64,000 nucleotides of DNA from Squalus acanthias (lineage: Eukaryota). The stretch's first letter is position 1. Each line of letters begins with the position of its first letter. The notes beneath the pieces are model-generated. The model was given only the letters and a program-made list of their open reading frames with translations, ran no database searches and was not told the DNA's origin. Position numbers and translations under genes: made by a program. Of this stretch, positions 12,051-24,298 are shown piece by piece. The stretch covers positions 58,716,001 through 58,780,000 of the forward strand of contig CM059438.1 of assembly GCA_030390025.1 (NCBI GenBank). Reading direction: 5' to 3'.

Positions 12051-13525
12051 TCATTGGAACCGCAGTCTGATGAGGCGGTCACGGACCGCCATTCCGGAAG
12101 GCCGATTGAGTGGCTGCCCCCTCCCTCACTCCTGTTCCTCCTCCTCCTCCTCATCCTCCTTGTCATCCTCCTCCTCCTCTTCCTCTTCCTCCTCGTTGTC
12201 CTCATCCTCTCCCTTTTCCTCCTCCTGAGGTGGTCCCGCAATCCCTGGTGGCAAGAGCTGGGCCCTCATGATGGCCAAGTTGTGGAGCATGTAGCAGACC
12301 ACCACGAAATGGGACACCCGCTCAGCCGAGTACTGGAGGCTCCTCCCGAGCTATCAAGGCAGGGGAACAGTTGCTTGAGCACCCCGATGGTCTGCTCGAT
12401 GATGTTCCTGGTGACAACATGGCTCTCATTATATGAGTGTTGGGCAGGAGTGTTGGGGTTGCGGAGGGAGTCATGAGCCAGGTGGAGAGCGAACAGCCCT
12501 TAGAAACAAACATAGAAACATAGAATCTAGGAGCAGGAGTAGGCCATTCGGCCCGTCGAGCCTGCTCCGCCATTCAATACGATCATGGCTGATCATCCAA
12601 ATCCAGTACCCTGTCCCTGCTTTAATCCCCACAGTACACATATCCCACCCTACCCCCGTAACCCCACGTATTTAATTCCCCCTAACATATCCCATCCTAT
12701 CCCCATAACCCCACATATTTAATCCCCCCTAACACTAAGGTCAATTTATCATAGCCAAATCAACCTAACCCACACATTTTTGGACTTGTCTCCAACCAGC
12801 CAGCCGCGTGGTGGCTGGAAGAGTGCTGACACACCGGTCTGGCGCAGGATGAAGGCATCGTGGCTGCTGCCAGGATAGCGGTTATTCACATTGAGAATTC
12901 GCTGTGTGTGGTCGCACACCAACTGCACATTGAGTGAGTGGTAGCCTTTGCAGTTACGGAAGATCTCAGGATTGTTATGCGGTGCCCGCAAAGCCAGGTG
13001 GGTGCAGTCAATGGTGCCCTGCACCATGGGGAATCCCACTATCCTGCAAAGCCACATGCACACTTGTCCTGCTTCTCTCTGGTGATGGGGAAGGAAATGT
13101 AGTCCCTTCTCCTGCTGTAGTGAGCGTCTGTGACCTCCCGGATGCAGCGATGGACGGAAAACTGTGAGATGTTAGCTATCCCTCCTGTTGCAGACTGGAA
13201 GGATCTGCTGGTGAAGAAATTGAGGGCGACGGTGACCTTGACTGCCACTGAGAGAGCCGTGGTCGCCCTGGTCTTCTGGTTGTAGGAGGTGGCAGAGTTC
13301 TGTGACCACCTCCTTGGTGAAGTGGAGCCTTCTAATACACTGCTCCTCGCTTAATTGGAGGTAGGAGAAGTGCTGTCGAAAAACCCTCGGAGGGTAAGGC
13401 CTCCTGTTGAGAGCCCTGATGGCCCTCCTCCTCCCTCTGGCCACTTGCTCCAGTCATTCTCGCTGCCTCCGCTCCCTCCACCGTAGATCCTGGAGTGCGA
13501 GGTTGACTGCCAGTACAGCGTCCAT
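12051..13525 (-). pseudogene. Harbinger DDE transposase (HARBI1-like), frameshifted and interrupted by a SINE
   Basis: RRPYPPRVFR, VKVTVALNFF, GFPMVQGTIDCTHLAL, KGYHSLNVQLVCDH, YPGSSHDAFIL, GDK|GCSLSTWLMT and acidic tail ending RLIRLRFQ*, spread over several frames. Confidence 0.9.
12502..12784 (-). mobile_element. 5'-truncated SINE with CR1-derived tail (HE1-like)
   Basis: CR1 3' UTR and tail (CATAGAAACATAG...GGCCATTCGGCCC) fused to non-LINE body CCCTAACACTAAGGTCAATTTATCATAGCC; flanked by CTT on both sides. Confidence 0.65.
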
Positions 13526-14014
13526 TAATGTAAGGAAGTGTAGAACTTTGATATGTTGTGAGCATAAATGTAACTAATTCTTAGTAACCAAACACTCCGG
13601 AGACTAAACAACCTTTAAATGACTGAATTAAACTGTTGCACAAGGAAGCAGTGAAACAGCACTAACCTGAGAGCTGCGACTCATTATTCATGATCCCTTT
13701 AAGTCGCGCCCCTGGAGCCGGCTACCGACCGTTTCACGCCTCCTCTCCCTGTCGCTGTCGGAGCGATGCGCTTAGGCAGGGGGCGATAATTAATTTCACA
13801 GATCGGGCGCCCTGTGAGCATTGCACGCTCACTGATGTCACGATCTGCTTGGCGCTGAAGTCCCCGGCGCCAGCTCATAGTGGCGGCACTACGGGGGAGC
13901 CGGATTTGGCGTGTGTCAGTGGGTTCGCCTCGCCATGGCGCTACTGCCTCAGCGCCCCATTAGCGCCCCCGCCAGGCGCTAACTGGAGGCGCTAAAGTAC
14001 CAAATTACTCCCCC

Positions 14015-14720
14015 AAGGTGCTTTGTCCATATGGAGCATGACCCTGGAACCTGCGCTTATTGAACCCTCCATATGTACTTGGTTCTGTCTTTATCGCCTC
14101 TGTCACAGTTGTACCACTCACTGCACAACCCCATCTGCAGAGGGATGGTAACATCAGTATGAGGCTTTCAGACGGCCGCAACCTGCCAGCCTGCCGCAGG
14201 AGATAACTGCCACACCTGGCCATCTACAGTGCACACATGGACTAAGCAAGTGGCAAATGCTAAATGTTTGTAAAGGGCCAGTACCATCTCCCTGTGGAAC
14301 AGGAGCATCAGCTGGGTTCACTTGCATGCAAGGATCAAAGATAACAATCTTATGGGCAGCGGGACATCTCATTGTAATCCCCATGGACAGAAAGACTCCA
14401 CATTGTAATCCCCATGGACAGAAAGACTCCTCATTGTAATCCCCATGGACAGAAAGACTCCTCATTGTAATCCCCATGGACAGAAAGACTCCTCATTGTA
14501 ATCCCCATGGACAGAAAGGGTTCGCACACAATTAATGTTCAGGGGCACAGAATGTTTATGCACATCAGTGGCCCTTATCCAGGATGTAGCCATGATGCCT
14601 TGATTATGCAGCAGGTAATGTATCCGTGCTTTTTGAAGGAGAAAACACTGGCGGAGAGATGGTGTGTTCATTCTTCCATTATCCAAAGGCTAGAAAATGA
14701 GAGGATTTCTGCACATTCAG
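14015..14720 (+). pseudogene. Old Harbinger transposase remnant
   Basis: RKGSHTINVQ...YPGCSHDALIMQQ resembles RKGFHSLNVQ...YPGSCHDASILRQ in the intact transposase. Confidence 0.55.
14370..14520. repeat. 31-bp tandem repeat, about 5 copies
   Basis: CATTGTAATCCCCATGGACAGAAAGACTCCT at 14370, 14401, 14432, 14463 and 14494. Confidence 0.9.
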
Positions 14721-14884
14721 TTGGCTAATTACAGTCACGAAGTTTCTGTGCAATCCCTCCACAACCTTACCATCCAACATTCGATGATTTTACTCAAAAT
14801 ATTCTCTTGGTTTCAGCGTCCCTGGTCACTCCTGTAAGTGTACCGCATGTCCCTTACAATCTGGAGTGTACCCATTTGTGCCCG

Positions 14885-15280
14885 ATATTGTGCCTTTGTT
14901 ACCTCTAGATTTGACTATTCCAACGCACTCCTGGCTGGCCTCTCACATTCCACCCTACGTAAACTTGAGGTCATTCAAAATTCGGATGCCCGTGTCCTAA
15001 CTCGCACCAAGTCCCGTTTGCCCATCTCCCCTGTGTGCGTTGACCTACATTGGCTCCCAGTTATGCAGCGCCTCGATTTCAAAATTCTCATCCTTGTTTT
15101 CAGATCCCTCCATGGCCTTGCCCCTCCCTATCTCTGTAATCTCCTCCAGCCCCACAACCCCCCCGAGATATCTGCGCTCCTCTAATTCTGCCCTCTTGAG
15201 CATGCCCTGATTATAATCGCTCAACCTTTGTTGGCTGTGCCTTCTGTTGCCTAGGCCCTAAGCTCTGGAATTCCCTGCCG
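14885..15280 (+). mobile_element. L2 LINE 3' fragment
   Basis: FVTSRFDYSNALLAGL..LEVIQNSDARVLT..LHWLPVMQRLDFKILILVFRSLHGLAPPYL; homologous to ~54590-54940. Confidence 0.85.
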
Positions 15281-15282
15281 AT

Positions 15283-18200
15283 CACCAATAAGTTAGGCGT
15301 TTGCTCATTCATTGGTCTGTGGAGTGAATGGCCCCAATATAACTGGGAGACGCGCTGGAAGCGGGGGTTTCCGATATCGCGTGGGAAGCCTGGAATTACG
15401 TTCAGCACGTCTGTCTGTGGCTTTTTAACGCAGCCACCTCATTATGATCATCTTCATAATGATAACTTGCAACATTTTCTTACCTTGCCAGGACTAATTT
15501 TATCTCCCACAGTGCCTTCACGCATGCAGCAGGAGTTGCTGGAGGTCGTAGATGACGAGTCCTCAGAGGAGCTGAATCCTTCTGAGGGTGCACCGTCACA
15601 GGACTCATGCATACCATGCACCAATGCAGATACTCGCCCTTCGGTGGGACCAGTAAGAGAGATAGTTGCATTTTCACCTGGTGACTCACATTTCACAAGT
15701 GAGCAAGAACAGACAATGATGACAGGGACAGCTGTGGAGAGCCACGTCAGAGGGCCCAGCCCTCTCCAAGCTCTGCTCAGCTGGACACAGATGCTGTACC
15801 CCATGGGCCGTCGATGAAGAGGAGAATCATTGAGCAGCAGTAGATAATGTACGATGTACTGACCGGCCTTCCAAGCACCCTGACCATGATTGCAGAGAGA
15901 ATGGAGGAGTCCACCTCAAGCATGAGTGGGTTGATGTCGCACGGCACTGTGGTGATGTCTTCTTGCATGAATAGACTGGCCAACTGCATGGAACATCAAA
16001 CGCAGCAATCACATGAGTCCATGCAGGTCTAGAGCAAGGGCGAGCAGATTGTGGATGCCACCTTAAATCAGATAACAGATACCCTAGCCTTGGCCTTGCA
16101 TCACTCCACTGATCTGCAGCAAAGTGCTCTCCAGCAGAGTGGTAGCAGTGAAGTACGGTTGGGCCATGAGAGGGATGATGGCGAAAGGGGACAGGGAAGT
16201 GGGGACTCCACTCAAAGTGCTTCCACTTGTCACCTGTTGCGTCCCGCCGCCCTCCACCGCTTCTCCCCTCCAGCCCTCAGCCGGTACCCTACACGCTGCC
16301 TCGTGTTCCAATGGCCGAGTCTGTCCCTGCACAGGTGCAGGTGGAGCAGTCTTTGGGGGGCCCTCACGGGCTCCAAAACCCAGAGGACATCGGTGAAGAA
16401 CATCTCAACAGTCAGAGCAGGGATCGGAGCAGCCTGCCTCTACCTCTGCTCAAACCACAGGGGTTGCACCACGTAGGAGCAACAGGAAAAGGGAGATAAA
16501 AGATTTGTAGTTGCACTAGGGATGCACAATGTCTTCGACATTGTTATGTTGTTTCTGTTCTTTACTTGAAGCACATAAATATTATTCTTTCGCACCACTT
16601 TCACATCTTGCCCATTCTTGATCGCTGGCTGACAATTGGACTTTTAAGTTGTTTGATGATGAATGGGAAGACATGAATTGAAGATGACCAATGGGGGGAT
16701 GTGAAACGGGTGGTTGGTTGATGCAGGACTGCTTTGTGTTAGTGGCATTGGGTGGGTGGGGATTGGTGGGGGAACGGCGGGTGTGCGGAACAACGGCTGT
16801 TGCATGTGGTTACGAGGTGGGTTCACTGGTGGAACCCAAGTTCAATAATCAGGGCAACACTGGCATCCCAGGCAGCAATGTGTGCAGCTGGTGGTGCAGT
16901 GCCCTCATCACCTTCCTCCACCTCATCTTCCTCCTCCTTCTCCGAAGAGGATCTGTGCTCTGATCCTCCTGCAGGTCCAAACTTCTCTGCCTCTCCCCTC
17001 TCTGCCTCTCCTCTCTCTACCTCTTCCCTTTCTGCCTCTCCCCTCTCTGCCTCTTCCCTCTCTGCCTCTTCCATCTCTGCCGCTCCCCTCTCTGCCTCTC
17101 CCCTCTCTACCTCTCCCCTCTCTGCCTCTCCCCTCTACCTCTCCCCTCTCTGCCTCTCCCCTCTCCGTATCTCCCCTCTCTGCCTCTTCCCTCTCTGCCT
17201 CTCCTCTCACTGCCTCTCCCCTCTCCGTATCTCCCCTCTCTGCCTATCCCCTCTCCGTATCTCCCCTCTCTGCCTCTCCCCACTCTGCCTCTCCCCTCTC
17301 TGCCTCTCCCCACTCTGCCTCTCCCCTCTCTGCCTCTCCCCTCTCTGCCTCTCCCCTCTCTGCCTCTGCCCTCTCTGCCTCCCCCTTCTCAGCCTCTTCT
17401 CCCCTCTCTGCCTCTTCTCTCTCAGCCTCTCCTCTCTCTCTGCCTCTCCCCTCTCTCTGCCTCTCCCCTCTCTGCCTCCCCCTTCTCAGCCTCTTCTCCC
17501 CTCTCTGCCTCTCTTCTCTCTGCCTCTCCCCTCTCTCTGCCTCTCCCCTCTCTCTGCCTCTCCCCTCTCTGCCATCCCTCTCTGCCTCTCCCCTCTCTGC
17601 CATCCCCTCTCTGCCTCTCCCCTCTCTGCCTCTCCCCTCTCTGCCTCTCCTCTCTCTGCCTCTCCCCCTCTGCCTCTCCTCTCTCTACCTCTCCCCTCTC
17701 TGCCTCTCCCTCTCTCCTCTCTCTGCCTCTCCCCTCTCCGCCTCCCCCTCTCCCCTCTCTGCCTCTCCCCTCTCTGCCTCTCCCTCTCTGCCTCTCCCCT
17801 CTCCGCCCCTCCCTCTCTGGCGCTCCCCTCTCTGGCGCTCCCCTCTCTGGCGCTCCCCTCTCTGGCGCTCACCTCTCCGCCGCTCCCCTCTCCGCCGCTC
17901 CCCTCTCCGCCACTCCTCTCTCTGCCTCTCCCCTCTCCGCCCCTCACTCTCTGGCGCTCCCCTCTCCGCCGCTCCCCTCTCCGCCGCTCCTCTCTCTGCC
18001 TCTCCCCTCTTCGCCACTCCCCTCTCTGCCTCTCCCTCTCTCCGCCGCTCCCCTCTCCGCCACTCCTCTCTCTGCCTCTCCCCTCTTCGCCACTCCCCTC
18101 TCTGCCTCTCCCTCTCTCCTCTCTCCGCCGCTCCCCTCTCCGCCACTCCTCTCTCTGCCTCCCTCTCTCTCCGCCTCTCCCCTCTGCCTCCCCCTCTCTC

Positions 18201-19083
18201 CTCTCTGCCTGTCCCTCTCCTCTCTCTGCCTCTCCCCTCTCCGCCCCTCCCTCTCTGGCGCTCCCCTCTCTGCCTCTTCGCCACTCCCCTCTCTGCCTCT
18301 CCCTCTCTCCTCTCTCCGTCGCTCCCCTCTCCGCCGCTCCCCTCTCTGCCTCTCCCTCTCTCCTCTCTCCGTCGCTCCCCTCTCCGCCGCTCCCCTCTCC
18401 GCCGCTCCCCTCTCTGCCTCTCCCTCTCTCCCCTCTCCGCCACTCCTCTCTCTGCCTCTCCCCTCTCTGCCGCTCCCGTCTTTCCTGTGCAGCTACAGGT
18501 CTGTGACCAGCAAGCTGCTGCTGTTTCTGGTGCTGTTGCTGGTCATCTTGGTCCTCATCTGAGGTTCAATCTAAGGCACCATAAGCGGCACCCATGCTGA
18601 TCTGATAGATCAGAGCTCCAAAGTGTCGAAAAAACCTCCAAAGTGTAGAAAGTCAACACTCAGCACAAGTACTGTGAACACCCTTTCCCACTAGCAGGCA
18701 AGAAAGCAGCTGTGAGTACTGAGTATTTATTGTAATATTTCCCTGAGATTGATTCATCCCATTCAATCGCCACTGTGTTCTCGCCTTGCTTTCACTGGCG
18801 AGTTTCAGGAAGCCCGGGAAACCATGGCTCACGCGTTAAGCTTAAAAATCAGTGTCAATATCGCTCTAATTGAGCAATTAGCATATGTTAATTGCCAACC
18901 CGCCTCTCCTTAGGGGGTTACACGCACGCAGCCGAACGTACTGGAGTGATACCTGAATGCTGGCGGGTTGGAGCCAGTTTTCTGATGCAATGACATTTTC
19001 ACCTGCTTTAACCACCCACCCCCCACCCCCCCCGCCCCACCCACTCCCAAACCCACGCCCACCACCATGTTAAAATTCTCCCC
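15283..19083. mobile_element. Degenerate, internally deleted Harbinger-type element
   Basis: Remnant resembling Myb-gene exon 3 on + (~15510-16500); transposase-like C-terminus (EEEDEVEE...LIIELGFHQ*) and N-terminus (MGAA at 18595) on -; TIR-like AAAATTCTCCCC ending at 19083; left end uncertain. Confidence 0.55.
16984..18480. repeat. 1.5-kb polypyrimidine/polypurine minisatellite (~15-bp unit CTCTGCCTCTCCCCT and variants)
   Basis: Directly visible. Confidence 0.95.
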
Positions 19084-19349
19084 AATGTATTCCAACAAAG
19101 TACTCAGTGTCATCCAATGAGAATCATTTTAACTAAATCCTTTTCTTGAGTTCCAAATCATCATTCTCATCGTGAATTCAATGGATTAGAGGGGAGGATC
19201 TGTTTCTCCTGTTGGATTGTCTCTGTTCCTATTTCTAGCCAATCACTGGTGTTTTACGATTGGCAAACAACGACTGAGTCACAACAGGAGTCACAATATG
19301 TTAATTTCATCAAAAACCCAAAACACAACTTAGAAACAACCATCAATTT

Positions 19350-19955
19350 ACGTTCAGTCCGTAAGGGGGACCCCGAGCTCCCGGTGGCCTGTCACTTTAA
19401 TTCACCGCTTCACTCCCACTCTGACCTCACCGTCCTCGGCCTATTACACTGTTCCACGGAAGCTCAGCGTAAGCTCGAGGAACAGCACCTCATCTTTCGT
19501 TTAGGCACGCTACAGCCCTCTGGACTCAATATCGAGTTCAACAATTTTAGATCATAACCTCAGCTCCAATCACATTTATATTTTATTTTATCCACCCTTT
19601 TATTTGTCCCCCCCCACCTTTTTTTTCCTCCTAGAAGCTGGCAGCTGTCCTTCATTCTGCCAGTGGATTTCACACTTCATTCAGCCTTAATCTGTCACAT
19701 TAACACCACCTCTAGCCTTGCATATCTCTTAATGTCTCTTCATCTCCACCTTTGTTCCTTTATCCCCTCCCCCTTTTCCCAGCTTTACCCTGGCCTTAAA
19801 TCTATTTGATTTCCGGCTCTTCCCAGTTCTGATGAAAGGTCATCGACCTGAAACGTTAACTCTCTTTCTCTCTCCATGGATGCTGCCTGGCCTGCTGAGT
19901 TTTTCCAGCGTTTTCTGTTGTTATTTCGGATTTCCAGCATCCGCAGTATTTTGCT
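19350..19955 (+). mobile_element. Penelope-like element 3' fragment (GIY-YIG C-terminus plus pseudo-LTR)
   Basis: LPVACHFNSPLHSHSDLTVLGL..QRKLEEQHLIFRLGTLQPSGLN and a downstream hammerhead motif. Confidence 0.85.
19825..19861 (+). ncRNA. Minimal type I hammerhead ribozyme motif
   Basis: AGTT-CTGATGA-A-AGGTC-ATC-GACCT-GAAA-CG-TT-AACT: both conserved core boxes, stem II, stem I, palindromic ACGT in place of stem III. Confidence 0.7.
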
Positions 19956-20104
19956 ATTGTATCAATTTACGAAGAGTCATCCTGAATTTGTAGAGTTTTC
20001 CTCTGTCTTGCTCGGATCTTGAAGGTGTTGGTTGTAAAGTGAATGACACCAATCCCAGTTGTTGATTAGTGTGCAACAGAGGGCAACCTCTAGCCCAGCT
20101 GTCT

Positions 20105-20320
20105 GATCCGGGATCAATCCGTGAGATCCGGGACCAGTCCGTGAGATCCCGGGTCCAATCTGTGAGATCTGAGATCAATCCATGCGATCCAGGGATCAAT
20201 CCGGGAGATCCAGGGACCAATTCGGGAGATCTGGGACCAATCCGGGACTAATCCGGGAGATCCCGGGACCAATCTGGGAGATCACGGATCAATCCGGGAG
20301 ATCCAGCGACCAATCTGTGT
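20105..20320. repeat. Degenerate ~20-bp tandem repeat (GGGACCAATCCGGGAGATCC)
   Basis: About 10 imperfect copies visible. Confidence 0.8.
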
Positions 20321-22016
20321 GACGATTTGTGGCTAAAAAGGGGAGTGTTTGCAGGGAGGGGGATCTTCGGCCTACACTAACCTCTCAACGAGTACATGGA
20401 GGGGGACTCAGTGGACACGACCCTTTGCCAAAGCCCCTCAAATGAGTAACTGGATTAAACACTTGGTGAGAAATAAGCCTGCTTCACTACATTGGACTTG
20501 AACACACAATTATATGCTGAGGGCTTGGAGCCAACCAGGGCTGGGAACTGATGGAACCACGATTGCTGGAATCTTAACGTGTGCCAATACTGTGGACAAA
20601 TCTGCTCGTCAAGTGTCTCACGACCAACTCGTGACTGTCCTCCTTAGGGGAATGGCAGTCCCAGTCTCTTTGGTGGGGTGTCTCCAAGATGACATGCCGG
20701 ATGATGGAAGTTCAGTACCAAATCAACCCTCGCTAACAGAGTTGGCAACCTGATACCTCCGCCAGACCTGTCCTCAGTACTCCAGGACAGTGTTGATTGA
20801 GCAGCCAGGCTAGTCTCACCATCTGAACCTACAGGGGTGGCCCTGTCATTGGGGGCTGGGATTCCTGCTGCCAATTATCCATGAGGATAGTGAAGAAGGT
20901 AGTGGCCGCATGAACCGCATATCAGTGACCTGCTTGATGCATCTGTGCATTGTAAATTGATTGATGTTGCTTAGGTCTCATGGGGGTAGCTTGGAAGATG
21001 CTGGAGGCATAGAAGTTCACCTTCGCAGCCATGGGGAGAGTTGTTGCTGCTATGTGTAGGTCAGATCATAGTGTCATAGTATGATACGGCACAGAAGGAG
21101 GCCATTCGGCCCATCCTGCCTGTGCGGCTCCTTGGTAGAGCTATCCAATTAGTCCCACTCCTCTGCTCTTTCCCCGTAGCCTTGCAAATGTTTTCCCTTG
21201 AAGTATTTATCAAATTCTTTTTTGAAAGTTATGATTGAATCTGTTTCCACCACCCTTTCAGGCAGCGCTTCCAGATCACAACAACTCACTGCGTAAACAT
21301 TTTTTTTCCTCATGTCGCCTCGGGTTCTTTTGCCAATGACCTTAAACCGGTGTCCTCTAGTTACTGGCCCTTCTGCTGGTGGAAACAGTTTCTCCTTATT
21401 TACTCTATCAAAACCCTCAAGATTTTGAAATCTCCTTTTATCCTTCTCTGCTCTAAGGAGAACCCTTCTCCACATAACTGAAGTCCCTCATCCCTGGTAC
21501 CATTCAGTACTCTGTGCCTCTTTTAATAAAGCCAAGGATCACGTATGCTTTTTTAACAGCTTTCTCAACTTGTCTTGTCACCTTCAAAGACTTGTGTACA
21601 GACACCCCCAGGTCTCTCTGTTCCTGCACCCCCTTTAAAATTGAACCATTTAGTTTATATTGCCTCTCCTCATTCTTCTTACCAAAATGTATCACTTCAC
21701 ACTTCTCTGCATTAAATTTCATTTGCCATGTGTCTGCCCATTTCACCAGTCTGTCAATGTCCTCCTGAAGTCTGTTACTATCCTCCACATTGTTTTCTAC
21801 TTTTCTGAGTTTCATGTCATCTGCAAACTTGAAATTATTACCCTGTATGCCCAAGTCCAGGTCATTAATATATATAAAAAAGAGCAGTGGTCCTAACACC
21901 GACCCTGGGGGACACCACTGTATACTTCCCTCCAGTCTGAAAATCAACCATTACTCTCTGTTTTCTGTCCCTTAGCCAATTTTGGATCCAAGCTGCCGCT
22001 GTCCCTTTAATTTTGC

Positions 22017-23596
22017 TAAGAACATAAGAAATAGGAGCAGGATCAGGCCATTCGGCCCCTTGAGCCTGCTCCGCCATTTAATGAGATCATGGCTGATCCG
22101 ATTTTGGCCTCAACTCCGCATTCCTGTCCGCTCCCCATAACCCTTGACTCCCCTGTTGCTCAAATATCTGTCTATCTCAGCCTTGAATATATTCAATGAC
22201 TCAGCTTCCACAGCTCTCTGGGGTAAAGAATTCCAAAGATTCACGACCCTCTGAGAGAAGAAATTCCTCCTCATCTCCGTTTTAAACGGGCGACCCCTTA
22301 TTCTGAAACTATTCCTCCTCGTTCTAGATTCCCCCACGAGGGGAAACATCCTCTCAGCATCTACCCTGTCCAACCCCCTCAGAATCTTTCAATAAGATCA
22401 CCTCTCATTCTTCTAAACTCCAACAAGTATAGGCCCAACCTGCTCAACCTTTCCTCATAAGACAACCCTTCCATCCCAGGAATCAATCTAGCGAGCCTTC
22501 TCTGAACTGCCTCCAATGCAAGTATATCCCTCTTTAAATAAGGGGACCAAAACTGTACACAGTACTCTAGGTATGGTCTCACCAGCGCCCTATACAGTTG
22601 TAGCAAGACTTCCCTACTTTTATATTCTATTCCCCTTGAAATAAAGGCCAACATTCCATTTGCCTTCCTAATTACTTGCTGCACCTTCATGCTAACTTTT
22701 TGTGTTTCATGTACGAGGACACCCAAATCCCACTGTACCGCAGCATTCTGTAGTCTTTCTCCATTTAAATAATATTTGTCTTTTCTATTCTTCCTACCAA
22801 AGTGGATAACTTCACATTTTCCCACTCCATCTGCCAAATTCTTGCCCACTCACTTAACCTATCTATATCCCTTTGCAGTCCTCCTCACAACTTGCTTTCC
22901 CACCTATCTTTGTATCGTCTGCAAATTTGGCTACAATACACTCGCTTCCTTCATCCAAGTCATTAATATAGATTGAAAATAGTTGAGGCCCCAGTACTGA
23001 TCCCTGTGGCACCCCACTAGTTACAAATTGCCATCCTGAAAATTACCCATTTATCCCGACTCTGTTTTCTGTTAGTTAGCCAATCCTCTATCCAATCTAT
23101 TACCCCCAACACCATGAGCTCTTATCTTATGCAGTAACCTTTTATGTGGCACCTTGTCGAATGCCTTTTGGAAATCCAAATATACTACATCTACTGGTTC
23201 CCCTTTATCCACCCTGCTCGTTACCTCCTCAAAGAACTCTAATAGATTTGTCAAACACGATTTCCCTTTCATAAAACTATGTTGACTCTGTTTGATCGTA
23301 TTATGATTTTCTAAATGCCCTGCTACTACTTCCTTAATAATGGATTCGAGCATTTTGCCAATGACAGGTGCTAGGCTAACTGGCCTATAGTTTCCTGCTT
23401 TCTGTCTCCCTCCTTTTTTGAATAAGGGTGTTACATTTGCGGTTTTCCAATCCGCAGGGACTTTTCCAGAGTCAAGGGAATTTTGGAAGATTACAACCAA
23501 TGCATTCACTATCCCTGTAGCCACTTATTTTAAGACCCTAGGATGCAGGTCATCAGGTCCAGGGGACTTGTCAGTCTTTAGACCCATAAGTTTGCC
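22017..23596 (-). mobile_element. CR1 LINE copy B, 5'-truncated, nested in copy A
   Basis: Own 3' tail TAAGAACATAAGAAATAGGAGCAGGA; DWKTANVTPLFKKG..YLDFQKAFDKVPH. Confidence 0.85.
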
Positions 23597-24298
23597 TCAC
23601 AAGTCTATTAAGTGGTACTTTATCAAATGCCTTTTCAAAGTTCATGTACACAACATCAACTGCACTACCTTCATCCATCCTCTCCGTTACTTCATCAATG
23701 AACTCAATCAAGTTAGTCAAACACTTTTTTGAACAGGGATGTAATATTTGCAATCCTCCAGTCCTCTGGCACTGTCCCCATATCCAATGAGGATTGGAAG
23801 ATTGTGGCCAGAGCCTCTGAAATTTCCACCCTTACTTCCCTCATTAACCTAGGATGCATCCCATCCAGACCGAGCGACTTTTCCACTTTAAGGACTGTCA
23901 ACCTTTTAAGTAACTCCTCTTTATCTATTTTTATCTTATCAAATATCGCTACAACCCCCTCCTTTACTGCTACATTGACAGCATCCTCTTCTTTAGTGAA
24001 GACAGATGCAAAGTACTCATTAAGTACCTCAGTCATGCTCTGCCTCCACAAGAAGATCTCCTTTTTGGTCTCTAATCAGCTCCACCCTTCCTTTGACTAC
24101 CCTTTAACTATTTATGTGTTTATAAAAGACTTTTGGGTTCCCTTTTATGTTAGCCGTTAATCTATTCTCATTATCTTTTTGGCCCTCTTATTCCATTTTA
24201 GATCTCCTCTGTATTTTCTGTAGTCAGCTTGGTTCTCGACTATTGTGAACCTTACATTTGTGATAAGCCTCCTTTTTCTGCTTCATTTTATTCGCTAT

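Larger units (their letters stand above)
5364..14014. mobile_element. PIF/Harbinger DNA transposon, full length but inactivated, containing nested Gypsy and SINE insertions
   Basis: TIRs GGGGGAGAAATT (5364) and AATTACTCCCCC (to 14014); flanks GAG/AAG; convergent Myb-like and DDE transposase genes. Confidence 0.85.

Noticed and set aside
16752..18600. 584-aa and 572-aa Ser/Pro/Leu ORFs
   Set aside because: Translation of a C/T-rich minisatellite that lacks stop codons
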